A stretch of DNA of 64,000 nt from an uncultured Spirochaetota bacterium (GCA_963734545.1 CAVTHO010000008.1:352001-416000), one strand, 5' to 3'. Positions 21,585 through 31,091 are shown, numbered from the stretch's first letter. The notes: generated by a model not told the origin, from the letters alone. Numbers and translations are program-made.

Positions 21585-21637
21585 ATCATGTGCTATTGTC
21601 AACCTATTGTCAACACATCAGACAATTTATTGTCAAC
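21585..21637 (-). promoter_or_regulatory. Promoter/operator of the DUF4325-like gene: triple TATTGTCAAC boxes overlapping a sigma70-like promoter
   Basis: TATTGTCAAC at 21594, 21605 and 21628 (spacing 11, 23); palindrome GACAAT-TT-ATTGTC at 21621-21634; minus-strand TTGACA (21613-21608)-N17-CATGAT (21590-21585). Confidence 0.8.
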
Positions 21638-21673
21638 AGACTGCTTCCGAGACGCAGCGGGGGGGACCCTTTG

Positions 21674-22177
21674 TCAGCTCCGCCGGCCGAGGGCGCGCAC
21701 GAGCATGGGCCACTCGCGCTCGAAAAGGGGGGTGAGGGTTCCCGTGCCGACGAGGGATCCCACCTGTGCCAGGCTGAAGAACCGGCCTTCCTCGATTTCA
21801 TCCGGGGCGGGACGGATGTCTCCGCGCCACGTGAGAGAGAAGCATTGCGCGTATTCCGATTCGAAGCTGCCTTCGAAGAGAAAAGCATAGAGGCGCTTTG
21901 CGCCCGCCGCGTCGATGGCCAGCTCTTCGCGGCCTTCCCGAAGCAGTGCGGCCGCCACATCCTCACCGGCGTTCACGTGACCTCCCACGGAAGTGTCCCA
22001 GAGCCCGGGGTTGGTGTCCTTTCTCACCGATCGCTTCTGCAAGTAGAGCCGCCCCTGCGCGTCGAATACGTGCAGGTGCACCACGAGATGGATGAGGAGC
22101 GGATTGCCGTGGCACTCCTCCCTGGATGCCGTCCCGACGGGCGTGCCGTTCCTGTCCACGAGCTGGAACATTTCCAT
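21674..22177 (-). CDS. NUDIX hydrolase (IDI/YfcD-like)
   Basis: HLVVHLHVF, LYLQKRS, PGLWDTSVGGHVNAGE...REGREEL Nudix box. Confidence 0.88.
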   Translation of the reverse strand: MEMFQLVDRNGTPVGTASREECHGNPLLIHLVVHLHVFDAQGRLYLQKRSVRKDTNPGLWDTSVGGHVNAGEDVAAALLREGREELAIDAAGAKRLYAFLFEGSFESEYAQCFSLTWRGDIRPAPDEIEEGRFFSLAQVGSLVGTGTLTPLFEREWPMLVRALGRRS

Positions 22178-22197
22178 GGGCGGCTGCAGTTCAGGAC

Positions 22198-24465
22198 TCA
22201 ACGCGGTATGCACGCCGCGGCCGCCTTCCTTCCGAGGCAGAACGAGACGAAAGTGTCCAGGGAGGTGATCGCGGGGCGGATATCCGGATAGACCGGCAGA
22301 CCCCCTTCTTCCAGCGCCGCGACGAAATCAGCGTAGTGCCGTCCCGCGTTCACCGATACGACCATGGGCTTGGAGTGCCGCCGGGAAATCCCCACGAGCA
22401 GGTTTGCCAGGCCGTCCGGGTCCCGGCAGGTTTCCGGCACGGTCTTCAGCGACACCGCGTGGGGCACGACGGCCACGAACACGCAGTCCACCCCCTCGTC
22501 CTGGATTATCGCCTCCACGAACTCGGCGTACATGGCGTCGTCCGCCATGGGTGTGATATCCAGAAAAGGGGAGGACGTGTCCACGAGGCCATGCCGGTTG
22601 ATGGTGTTGAGCCTCGCGAGAGTCGCGGGTGACAACTTCGCCTGCGTGAGACCTTTGAGCTCGTCGGCACCGACGGTAGACTCGAATCCCGCGTTCACGA
22701 CACCCGCCACCCGGTTGCCCTGGGGCGGCCTGCCGGCGAGGAGTGAGAAGGCCCTGATCTGATCGTAGTACTCCTCGATGGTCTCCGCGAGGATGATCCC
22801 GGCCTGCCGGCAGGCCGACTGGAACACCTCGTAGTTTCCCGACATCGAGGCGGTGTGCGACGCTGCCGAGCGCGCGCCGGCCTCCGTGCGGCCGCCCTTG
22901 TAGGCGATGATCGGCTTGGTGGATTCCCGGGCGCGCTCGAAAAATGCGCGGCCCTCCCCCGCGTCCAGTCCCTCCAGGTACACGGCCGCGACCTTCATGG
23001 AAGGGTCACGCGCGAAATGCGCCAGCAGCTCTCCGACTTTCACGTCGAACTTGTTCCCGAAGCTGACCACGCAGCGCAGCGGCCTGCAGTTGCGCAGCTT
23101 GTCGATGACCGTCACCGCCAGGGCGCCGCTCTGGGTGAGGAGGACGACGTTGGCGGACTCCGAGGACCTGACCTCCAGACGTTTTTCATTGATGAAAAGG
23201 GTATTGATCCCCGGCCGTCCGCGCGCCGGGGCATGATACACGCCCATGCAGTTGGGCCCCATCACGCGGATTCCGGCAGGCGTCGCGGCGCGAAGCTCGC
23301 GCGCGTACTGGAGGTAGGGGATCGAGGAGGGCACGCCGGGAATGAGCACAACCGCGCGCACGCGGCTGCCCTGCAGGGAGCGCAGGAATTCCGGGGCGCT
23401 CTGCGCCGGCGCCGCGTACACGGCCAGCTCCACCTGGCCCGGCACCTCGGAGAGCGTGCGGTACAGGGGGTAGTCGTGCGTGCCGAGCCGCAGGGTGCCG
23501 CCGTGCGGATTGACCAGGTACAGGTCGTCGCGCCGCAGCTCGTGAAGAAGCTCCGCGATATCACGCGCAAGGCTGTACTTGGCCGGATCCGCGGACACGC
23601 CGATGACCGCGATCCCCCGCGGCTGGAAAAACGCGTCCAGGTTTCCGAGGTCCACGCGGGGGTTCCACTCTTCGGGGGACGGCGCGGGACCGAACTCCGC
23701 GAGGCCGTCCAGGGCGACGAACCTTCCGTCCGACGAGATGGCGAACGGGTTCACCTCCAGGGCCTTGATCACGAACCGGGGGTTCTCCGCCATGGGCGAG
23801 TAGCGCATCGCGAGGCTGCTGAACTCCGCCATGGCGTTGGCCATGAGGGCGAGGTACTCGGGGTGCCCGATCTGCTCGAATTTGTGCCGTATGTGCAGGG
23901 ACCGGGTGAAGGCAAGGGCCTCCTCGTACTCCATGGGGGGCAGGAAGAGGTTCGCCGCATCGTAGTGCGCGGCGAAGAACTCCGCGTCGTCCCCTCCCTT
24001 GCTCACCGTGAGCACGGGTCCGAACGCGGGATCTTCACGGAATCCGACCAGCACCTCGTAGCCGAGGGCCTGGGTGAAGGAGATGTGCTCCGCAATGAGA
24101 AACCCGACGATCTCGGGCCGCGCGCCGTCCTCGAAATGGGACAGCACCTCCTCGCGCATCCGGGAAAGCACGAACTGGACGTAGAGCGGATCGGAGGCGG
24201 AGATTTTCTTCACGCCGCCGAGCTTCTGCTTGTGCGGTATCCCCGGCGAAACGATCTTCACGATCAGGGAATGGCCGAACCCGCGCAGGGCCTCCTCTCC
24301 CACTTCCTTGACGTCCCGCGCGAAGATGAACCGCGGCACGGAGAGCCCGAGACAGGCCAGGATGCCGTATACCTCGTGCTCGTAGAGAGAGCTCCTGCCT
24401 TCGCGGGCCGCAGCCGTGAGGATGCCGTCGATCTTCCCTGTTGCCTCGTGTGTCAGTCCCGCCAT
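22198..24465 (-). CDS. ADP-forming acyl-CoA synthetase / acetate-CoA ligase family protein
   Basis: N-terminal ATP-grasp (KIVSPGIPHK, DPAFGPV, EVNPF), CoA-binding IAVIGVS, GPNCMG, QSGAL, phospho-His motif ASHTAS. Confidence 0.88.
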   Translation of the reverse strand: MAGLTHEATGKIDGILTAAAREGRSSLYEHEVYGILACLGLSVPRFIFARDVKEVGEEALRGFGHSLIVKIVSPGIPHKQKLGGVKKISASDPLYVQFVLSRMREEVLSHFEDGARPEIVGFLIAEHISFTQALGYEVLVGFREDPAFGPVLTVSKGGDDAEFFAAHYDAANLFLPPMEYEEALAFTRSLHIRHKFEQIGHPEYLALMANAMAEFSSLAMRYSPMAENPRFVIKALEVNPFAISSDGRFVALDGLAEFGPAPSPEEWNPRVDLGNLDAFFQPRGIAVIGVSADPAKYSLARDIAELLHELRRDDLYLVNPHGGTLRLGTHDYPLYRTLSEVPGQVELAVYAAPAQSAPEFLRSLQGSRVRAVVLIPGVPSSIPYLQYARELRAATPAGIRVMGPNCMGVYHAPARGRPGINTLFINEKRLEVRSSESANVVLLTQSGALAVTVIDKLRNCRPLRCVVSFGNKFDVKVGELLAHFARDPSMKVAAVYLEGLDAGEGRAFFERARESTKPIIAYKGGRTEAGARSAASHTASMSGNYEVFQSACRQAGIILAETIEEYYDQIRAFSLLAGRPPQGNRVAGVVNAGFESTVGADELKGLTQAKLSPATLARLNTINRHGLVDTSSPFLDITPMADDAMYAEFVEAIIQDEGVDCVFVAVVPHAVSLKTVPETCRDPDGLANLLVGISRRHSKPMVVSVNAGRHYADFVAALEEGGLPVYPDIRPAITSLDTFVSFCLGRKAAAACIPR

Positions 24466-25271
24466 CTGCCGTCCCTCGTGGGGGAGCGTAGCACGGCTCC
24501 CCTGGTTCGAGAACCCAGTCTCCTGATCACCTGCGTGGATGACCACCCTTCGACGTGGGGAAGAAGGATGACGCGGCCTCCCCCGCCTTCCACTATCCGC
24601 TTCCCCACCACTCCCGAGAGCGAATACTCCGAGCCCTTGGCCAGAATGTCCGGCCTCACCACGCGCAGCAGCGCGCGCGGATCCGCCTGGCCGAAGATCA
24701 CGCACACGTCCACGCCGCGCACGGCAGCGACGAGCTCCGCGCGCGCGAATTGCGGCACCACGGGGCGCAGCCTTCCCTTGAGCGACCTCGCGGACTCGTC
24801 GCTGTTTATGCCCACGACAAGGGCATCCCCCCGGGCGCGCGCCGCCTGCAGCAGCCGCAGGTGCCCGACATGGAACAGGTCGAACACGCCATTGGTGAAC
24901 ACGATGCGCTTTCCTGCTTTCCGCATGGCGGCGCATCGCCGCGCCGCGAGCTCGAAATCGGAAATCACGCGGGAGCGCGCGGCAGCAGCCTGCACGCGGC
25001 GGATCGCGCGGAGAAGCTCCTTCGGAGTGGCAGCGGCGATGGTCCCGCAAAAAGCTCGGCGCACGTCATCCGGGATCCGCCGGGAACGCGCATGGAAGAC
25101 GAGCCAGGACGCCGACAGCTCAACGTCGAGTGAGTCGGCGAGCTTCCGCCAGGCGTCGAGAGAGCACGCCCGTCCCGCCGTGAGCGGGGAATCGATAAGT
25201 GAGTACTCCCCCGCGCAGGAATCGAGGGACGCGCCGGCGTCCCAGCCGGAAGTGAAGATCGCACGAATCAT
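24453..25271 (-). CDS. RfaE2/HldE-type nucleotidyltransferase with ~100-aa N-terminal extension
   Basis: IVFTNGVFDLFHVGH, LVVGINSDES, RPDILAKG, GWSSTQVI motifs. Confidence 0.82.
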   Translation of the reverse strand: MIRAIFTSGWDAGASLDSCAGEYSLIDSPLTAGRACSLDAWRKLADSLDVELSASWLVFHARSRRIPDDVRRAFCGTIAAATPKELLRAIRRVQAAAARSRVISDFELAARRCAAMRKAGKRIVFTNGVFDLFHVGHLRLLQAARARGDALVVGINSDESARSLKGRLRPVVPQFARAELVAAVRGVDVCVIFGQADPRALLRVVRPDILAKGSEYSLSGVVGKRIVEGGGGRVILLPHVEGWSSTQVIRRLGSRTRGAVLRSPTRDGRWRD

Positions 25272-26059
25272 GGGGCCGCGCGCACCACGGCGATCGAGTC
25301 GAGACGAAAGGTGCGCCGCTCATTCCTGAGAGAACAGAATGCCACGACGCCGACCGACCCGCCGACGCACGAGAACGCGCGCGGCTGAATGGTCCGCACG
25401 GTCTTCTCTCCCCGCGCGCTGCGGTAGGTGATTTCCACTTCGGCTCCCGCGGCGATGGCCTGCTGGAGCAGGGACGCGGTGCGCGCCAGGCGCGGCGCGT
25501 GCGTGGTGAAATCCAGCGGCTCCCCGCAGGAACGGGTGAGCTTCTCCCAGCCGCCTGCCCGGAGACACTCCAGATAGAGGAGCCGGCAGGCGTGCGCATC
25601 CGCAAGCGCCCTGTGCGCGCCCGAAACCCTGATTGAGAGGTCACGCACCAGGTTCGAGAGGCTGTAGCTGAAGCGCCCGGGAAATGCCCGACGCGCCAGG
25701 ATGCGGGTATCCAGCACGGGCCCCTGCGGCGCCTCCAGCCCCGCGGCCATTATGTCCACGGAAAGGAAGCCCACGTCGAATACGGCATTGTGCGCCACCG
25801 GGGTTCCCTTCGACACGAGTGCGAGGAATGGGGGGAGGGCGGCGCCGACCGCGGGCATTCCCCGCAGCATGCTGTCCGAGATGCCGTTGATCTCCCGGGC
25901 CTCCTGCGGCATGGGGATGCCGGGATCCACGAGCTGGTCAAAGGTTTCCAGCACGTCCTCTCCCCGGAACAGGACGGCCCCCAGCTCGACGATCCGATCC
26001 ACGCCGGGAATCAGGCCCGTGGTCTCCACGTCGAAGGCAGCAACGAGTGGCAGCGGCAC
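25268..26059 (-). CDS. DEDDh 3'-5' exonuclease (DnaQ-like) fused to a C-terminal WYL domain
   Basis: ExoI FDVETTG, ExoII AHNAVFD, ExoIII HRALADA; WYL-like ITYRSARGEKTVRTIQP...AFCSLRNERRTFRLDSI. Confidence 0.85.
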   Translation of the reverse strand: MPLPLVAAFDVETTGLIPGVDRIVELGAVLFRGEDVLETFDQLVDPGIPMPQEAREINGISDSMLRGMPAVGAALPPFLALVSKGTPVAHNAVFDVGFLSVDIMAAGLEAPQGPVLDTRILARRAFPGRFSYSLSNLVRDLSIRVSGAHRALADAHACRLLYLECLRAGGWEKLTRSCGEPLDFTTHAPRLARTASLLQQAIAAGAEVEITYRSARGEKTVRTIQPRAFSCVGGSVGVVAFCSLRNERRTFRLDSIAVVRAAP

Positions 26060-26061
26060 GC

Positions 26062-26253
26062 TTACTGCTCGCCCTTGAGCTTCTCCGGTGTCGATTCGCC
26101 GAGCAGGAGCTTGCAGATGTTCTTGTAGCCCACCTTGCGGTACTTTCGGAGGAGAGCCGCGAAAGCGTCATACGCCTCCGGGTGCTGCGCCTTGAGCTCT
26201 TCCAGGCGCGCGAGCACGTCCTTCAGTTCTTCGAGCGGTGCCAGTGCCGGCAT
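26062..26253 (-). CDS. Small helical hypothetical protein (63 aa)
   Basis: GGGGAG RBS; ends 2 nt before the exonuclease start; KYRKVGYKNICKLL motif. Confidence 0.65.
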   Translation of the reverse strand: MPALAPLEELKDVLARLEELKAQHPEAYDAFAALLRKYRKVGYKNICKLLLGESTPEKLKGEQ

Positions 26254-26330
26254 GGAACTCCCCTTTCAGCGCATCGTAGGATCGGGCCCGGAGCCTTGTC
26301 AAGGAGAACGATTGAAGGTATGCACTACCT

Positions 26331-27587
26331 GTGACGGAAAAGCTCTACTACGACGATTCCTCGCTGCTCGAGTTCGACGCGCGCGTAATGGAAATCGAGA
26401 CACGTGACGGCCGCTGCGAGGTCCTCCTCGACCGCACCTGCTTCTACCCCGGCGGCGGCGGGCAGCCCTGTGACCTGGGCGCTCTGGGCGGCACGCGGGT
26501 GCGCGCCGTGGAGTACCGGGGGGAGGACATCGTGCACGTGGTAGAGCCGGCTCTCGGCCACGAGAACCTGCACTCTTCCGTGCACGGCTCCGTGGACGCA
26601 AAACGCAGGCGCGACTTCATGGAGCAGCACACGGGGCAGCACATGTTCTCACAAGCCCTTCTCCGGGCCGGGAAGCTGGAGACCGTGTCGGTGCACTTCG
26701 GAGAAGACGACACGACGATCGAGCTCAAGGCGGATGCCAAAATGTCACGGGATACCGTGACCGAAGTGGCCGAAGACACGCTGCGCGCCGCGGAAGAGCT
26801 TGCCAATGCCGTCATCATGGAGAACCGCCGGGTGCTCCTCCACGAAATCGACCCCTCGGATGTGTCGCGATTTCCCCTGCGCCGCACTCCTCCCGACGCC
26901 GGGAGACTTCGCATTTTAGAGATAGAGGGTTTCGACTTCGCCGCCTGCGGGGGGGTGCACCTCGCGTCCACGGGGGGCGTGTTTCTCATCAAGGCGGTTG
27001 GGCAGGAGAAGATCAGGGGAAGGGTGCGTATCCACGTCATGATGGGAAAACGGGCACTCGAGGACTACGGCCGCAAGGTCTCCGTGGTGCAGAGCCTGAC
27101 CCGGACGCTCACGTGCGGGGAAGCCGACATCCCGGACCGCGTGGCGGAGCTGCTGAACGGCCAGAGGGAATCTGCCCGGGAGCTGCGCAGGCTGCGCGCG
27201 GCCCAGGCCGCGGTGGATGCGGACACAGCGGTGCCCGCCGCTCCCTCCATCGGGGGATGCGCCCTGGTCAAACGCGTGTTCGACGCCGCGGGCGGTGAAT
27301 ACCTGAAAGCCTTCGCGGAGAGGGTGATCTCTGCCCCGGGCAGGATCTGCATCGCCATCGATCGGGGAGCTGAAGGCTTCCAGTGGATCGCCGCCCACTC
27401 GGCCGGCGGGGACCTTGATCTCTCGCAGATCATCCCTTCGTTCTTCGAAATTGCCGGGGCCAAGGGCGGAGGTCGGGGGGCCCGCATGCAGGGTGTCGGG
27501 ACCAGGAACGAGGCAATCGCCCTGTTCGCGGACGCCATCGAAGAGGAGCTCGCGCGCAGGCTCGGCACGCCGGGGGGAGGAATGTGA
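26331..27587 (+). CDS. Alanyl-tRNA editing protein (AlaX-L type, with DHHA1)
   Basis: TEKLYY, TCFYPGGGGQPCD, Zn motifs HTGQH and CGGVH, C-terminal KGGG. Confidence 0.9.
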   Translation: MTEKLYYDDSSLLEFDARVMEIETRDGRCEVLLDRTCFYPGGGGQPCDLGALGGTRVRAVEYRGEDIVHVVEPALGHENLHSSVHGSVDAKRRRDFMEQHTGQHMFSQALLRAGKLETVSVHFGEDDTTIELKADAKMSRDTVTEVAEDTLRAAEELANAVIMENRRVLLHEIDPSDVSRFPLRRTPPDAGRLRILEIEGFDFAACGGVHLASTGGVFLIKAVGQEKIRGRVRIHVMMGKRALEDYGRKVSVVQSLTRTLTCGEADIPDRVAELLNGQRESARELRRLRAAQAAVDADTAVPAAPSIGGCALVKRVFDAAGGEYLKAFAERVISAPGRICIAIDRGAEGFQWIAAHSAGGDLDLSQIIPSFFEIAGAKGGGRGARMQGVGTRNEAIALFADAIEEELARRLGTPGGGM

Positions 27588-28189
27588 TGAAGCTGCGTAT
27601 CCGGTACAACTCGCCGGTCATTCTCTCGTTCGCCCTTCTCAGCGCGGTGGTGCTCCTCATCGACCAGATCACCGGCGGCGCATTCATCCGGACGTTTTTC
27701 GTTCTGCCCCCCACGTTCCAGTTCGGGAACCTGCTGTCCTGGCTGAGACTTTTCACCTACGTGATCGGCCACCAGGGCTGGGCCCACCTGATCAGCAACT
27801 TCTCCTTCATCCTGCTCATCGGGCCGGTGCTGGAGGAGAAGTATGGGTCGCTGCCGCTCCTCCTCATGATGCTCGTCACGGCCCTTGCCACCGCGCTGCT
27901 GAACCTGCTGATCGTCAGAACAGGCCTCTATGGCGCAAGCGGAATCGTGTTCATGCTCATCCTGCTCAGCTCCTTCACCAATATCCGCCAGGGGGAGATC
28001 CCCCTCACCTTCATCCTGATCGTCGTCCTTTACCTGGCGCGCGAGTTCGTGAATGCCCTCAACCCTGACACGATCTCCCAGCTTGCCCACATAGCCGGCG
28101 GGATCATCGGCGGGCTGTTCGGATTTCTCTTCTCGCGCCCTGATTCGAAACCGGCCCTTCCGGCATCAACGCCGGCCCCCAAGGAGTAG
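27584..28189 (+). CDS. Rhomboid family intramembrane serine protease
   Basis: H...HLISN, catalytic GASG, AHIAGG; multiple TM segments. Confidence 0.9.
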   Translation: MMKLRIRYNSPVILSFALLSAVVLLIDQITGGAFIRTFFVLPPTFQFGNLLSWLRLFTYVIGHQGWAHLISNFSFILLIGPVLEEKYGSLPLLLMMLVTALATALLNLLIVRTGLYGASGIVFMLILLSSFTNIRQGEIPLTFILIVVLYLAREFVNALNPDTISQLAHIAGGIIGGLFGFLFSRPDSKPALPASTPAPKE

Positions 28190-28192
28190 CGT

Positions 28193-30256
28193 ATGCGTCC
28201 CATCACGGGTTTCCTGCTCGTTCTCATCCTCCTGGCGCCCCTGTCCGCCTCCGCGCAGGCGGAGGAGAAGGACGCGAGCGTCCCGATCTCCAGCCTCGTG
28301 CTGTTCACGAGCGGCGTGGGCTATTTCCAGCACGACGGCACCGTGGACGGAAACGCGCGCATGGAGCTCACCTTCTCTTCGGACCAGATCAACGACCTGT
28401 TGAAGAGCCTCGTGCTGCGCGATCTGGACGGGGGGGCTGTCTCAAGCGTCACCTATTCGTCGCGCGACCCCATCACCCGCACCCTCAAGAGCTTTTCAAT
28501 CGACCTGACCTCCAATCCTACGCTGGCGGGACTGCTCACCCAGACGCGGGGGGAGTCTGTCGAGGTGAGCATGACGGGCGGGAACAGGCTGACCGGATCC
28601 ATCGTCGGGGTGGAGACACGGCAGGTCCAATCAGGTCCCAAGGGTGATGTGACCGGAGAGTTCCTGACCCTGAACACCCAGACGGGCATCACGAGCCTCG
28701 CATTGAGCGATGTCCAGGGGATCAGGTTCCTGCGCAAGGAGGTGCAGGATGACCTGGCGCAGGCGCTCCAGGTCCTTTCCTCTTCCCACGGCATCGAGAA
28801 GAAGAAGGTCGTCCTCCATTTCACGGGAACGGGCAAGCGCCGTGTGCGCATCGGCTACATCCTGGAATCCCCCGTGTGGAAAACCAGCTACCGGCTGGTC
28901 CTTGCCGACAAGACCCCGCATCTCCTGCAGGGCTGGGCAATGGTGGAGAACACCTCCGACACGGACTGGAGGAGCGTTGCCCTCACCCTGGTGTCGGGCC
29001 GGCCCATCACATTCATCATGGATCTGTACCAGCCCCTCTACCTCCAGCGGCCGGTCGTGCAGCTCGAGCTCTTCCAGTCGCTGCGGCCGCGCACGAATGA
29101 AATGTCGATGGAGGAGAAGGAGTCGGCGGCCGACTCGGCAATGGCGGAGGAGGCCCTCATGCCGCAGGCGGCACCCGCTCCGTCAGCCAAATCTGCGGCC
29201 GCGCCGCGGGCGCTGGCAAGGAGCGGGTTCGCAGCAGGTCCAGGCGGCGGCGAGTTCTCCGTCTCCCAGGGCGTGACGGCTGCCGCGAGCGGGGCCCAGG
29301 TCGGCGAGCTCTTCCAGTACGCCATCGACAAGCCGGTCACGCTCCCCCGCCAGCAGTCCGCCATGCTCCCCATCCTGAATCAGCAGGTCTCGGGCGAGCG
29401 ATACTCGCTGTACAACGAGTCCACCCACCCGAAGTATCCCCTGAATGCGGTGAAGCTGAAAAACGCGAGCAGCCTGCACCTCATGCAGGGCCCCATCACC
29501 GTGTTCGACGGAGGGACGTACGCGGGTGACGCCCAGATCACGGACCTGGCACCGGGGGCGGAGCAGCTCGTCACCTACGCGATGGACCTGGATACCGAGG
29601 TCGAGCCGCAGCAGGGCGCCTCCCCGGTCACGCTCGTATCCGTGAAGATCAGCAAGGGAGTCTTCTTCTACACGAACAGGCAGCAGAGGGAGCGGATCTA
29701 CAGCATCAAGAGCCGGGGCACGAAGAGCCGGACGGTCCTGCTCGAGCACCCCTTCCAGCCGGACTGGACCCTGGCCGAACCCAAGGAGCCGGCGGAGCGC
29801 ACCCGGGACGCGTACCGTTTCGCCGTCCCTGTTGCGGCGGGAAAGTCCGCGAAGCTCTCCGTCGTGGAGACCCGCACGGTTGCGCAGAGCGTGACCCTGT
29901 CCAGCCTCGGGAGCGACCAGGTGGCGTTCTACGTGGCGAGCAAGGTGGTGAGCCCGGCGGTCAAGACGGCGCTCCAGAAGGTCGTCGCTCTCCAGCAGAA
30001 GGTTTCCGACACGGTCTCCCAGCGCGCGCGGCTCGAAACGCGCGTGAACGAGATCGTCAACGACCAGTCCCGGATCGGGGCGAACATGGACAGGCTCTCC
30101 CAGAGCTCGGATCTGTACAAGACGTACGTCAAGACGCTCACCGACCAGGAAGGCGAGCTGGCGAAGCTGCGGGAGAACATCGCGCGGCTCCGTGACCAGG
30201 AGGCGTCCCAGAGAAAGGACCTGGACACCTTCATCCTGTCACTGGAAGTGAGCTGA
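28193..30256 (+). CDS. DUF4139 domain-containing secreted protein
   Basis: Signal peptide; LFTSGVGYF, INDLLKSL, PVWKTSYRL, QGWAMVENT, LVSGRP. Confidence 0.8.
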   Translation: MRPITGFLLVLILLAPLSASAQAEEKDASVPISSLVLFTSGVGYFQHDGTVDGNARMELTFSSDQINDLLKSLVLRDLDGGAVSSVTYSSRDPITRTLKSFSIDLTSNPTLAGLLTQTRGESVEVSMTGGNRLTGSIVGVETRQVQSGPKGDVTGEFLTLNTQTGITSLALSDVQGIRFLRKEVQDDLAQALQVLSSSHGIEKKKVVLHFTGTGKRRVRIGYILESPVWKTSYRLVLADKTPHLLQGWAMVENTSDTDWRSVALTLVSGRPITFIMDLYQPLYLQRPVVQLELFQSLRPRTNEMSMEEKESAADSAMAEEALMPQAAPAPSAKSAAAPRALARSGFAAGPGGGEFSVSQGVTAAASGAQVGELFQYAIDKPVTLPRQQSAMLPILNQQVSGERYSLYNESTHPKYPLNAVKLKNASSLHLMQGPITVFDGGTYAGDAQITDLAPGAEQLVTYAMDLDTEVEPQQGASPVTLVSVKISKGVFFYTNRQQRERIYSIKSRGTKSRTVLLEHPFQPDWTLAEPKEPAERTRDAYRFAVPVAAGKSAKLSVVETRTVAQSVTLSSLGSDQVAFYVASKVVSPAVKTALQKVVALQQKVSDTVSQRARLETRVNEIVNDQSRIGANMDRLSQSSDLYKTYVKTLTDQEGELAKLRENIARLRDQEASQRKDLDTFILSLEVS

Positions 30257-30263
30257 AGCTCCC

Positions 30264-31004
30264 GTGGTGCTCAAGCTCATCGCGTGCGAGGTGTTCTATC
30301 GGGAGGTGTGCCTGTGCGTGGCCACGTCCCCCCACAGGGTCGACCTCGAGTTCACCGAAAAGAACGCCCACGAGCGCAGCGACTTCCTCCGCTCCCTGGT
30401 ACAGGAGAAGATCGATGCGGCAGAAGGCGGCGGTGTGGCCTATGACGCCATACTCCTCGGTTTCGGGCTGTGCGGGAACGGCGTGCTCGGCACCGCGGCG
30501 AAAAAGACGCCGATCGTCCTGCCCCGCGCGCATGACTGCTGCACCATTTTCCTCGGCTCGCGCCGGGCGTTCAAGGAGCATTTCTCCGACAACCCCAGCC
30601 TCCCGTTCTCGTCGGTGGGCTACATGGAGCGGGGCGGCACGTGGATACACGATGCGAGCGCAATCCAGGTGCCCGGCCTGGACAAAAAGTACGATGAGTA
30701 CGCTGCCCTGTACGGTGCGGAGAACGCGAAGTACATCATGGAGACGCTCACCGCCGCCCCCCAGAACAACCGGATCGTCTTCATCGACGTGCCCGAGCTC
30801 TCTCACCTCGGTTTTGCGGAGAAGGCACGAGCAGAGGCAAAGGCGAGCGGCCGTGAGTTCGTCCAGCTCCCCGGAGACATGCGCCTGATCCGCAAGCTGG
30901 TGAACGGAGACTGGGATGCGGAGGAATTCCTGGTGCTGAAGCCGGGACAGAAGGTCGGGGGCGTCTATGACTGGGACGAAATAGTGAGAGCCGAGGACAC
31001 ATAA
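30264..31004 (+). CDS. DUF1638 domain protein
   Basis: IACEV, LGFGLCG, PRAHDCCTIFLGS motifs. Confidence 0.8.
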   Translation: MVLKLIACEVFYREVCLCVATSPHRVDLEFTEKNAHERSDFLRSLVQEKIDAAEGGGVAYDAILLGFGLCGNGVLGTAAKKTPIVLPRAHDCCTIFLGSRRAFKEHFSDNPSLPFSSVGYMERGGTWIHDASAIQVPGLDKKYDEYAALYGAENAKYIMETLTAAPQNNRIVFIDVPELSHLGFAEKARAEAKASGREFVQLPGDMRLIRKLVNGDWDAEEFLVLKPGQKVGGVYDWDEIVRAEDT

Positions 31005-31015
31005 GCGGGGAAATT

Positions 31016-31091
31016 TGGGGGGCAAAGGAGTCGAACCTCTGTACGGGCCTTTGCGGAGGATCGTAACCTGTTACGGTTTATGTGACCCCCC
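31016..31091 (-). ncRNA. tRNA-like small RNA (canonical acceptor and T arms, non-canonical D/anticodon half)
   Basis: Minus strand GGGGGGU...AGAGG-UUCGACU-CCUUU-GCCCCCC-A: 7-bp acceptor stem, 5-bp T stem, UUCGA loop; upstream TTGAAG-N18-TAGGCT. Confidence 0.5.

Noticed and set aside
20524-21637. Transposon ends around the DUF4325-like gene
   Set aside because: The box arrays are in direct, not inverted, orientation; there is no transposase or integrase and no evident target-site duplication
31016-31091. Standard tRNA-Cys(GCA), tRNA-Arg(ACG) or tmRNA
   Set aside because: Neither anticodon register gives a 5-bp stem together with a proper D arm; there is no G3-U70 pair and no room for a tag ORF
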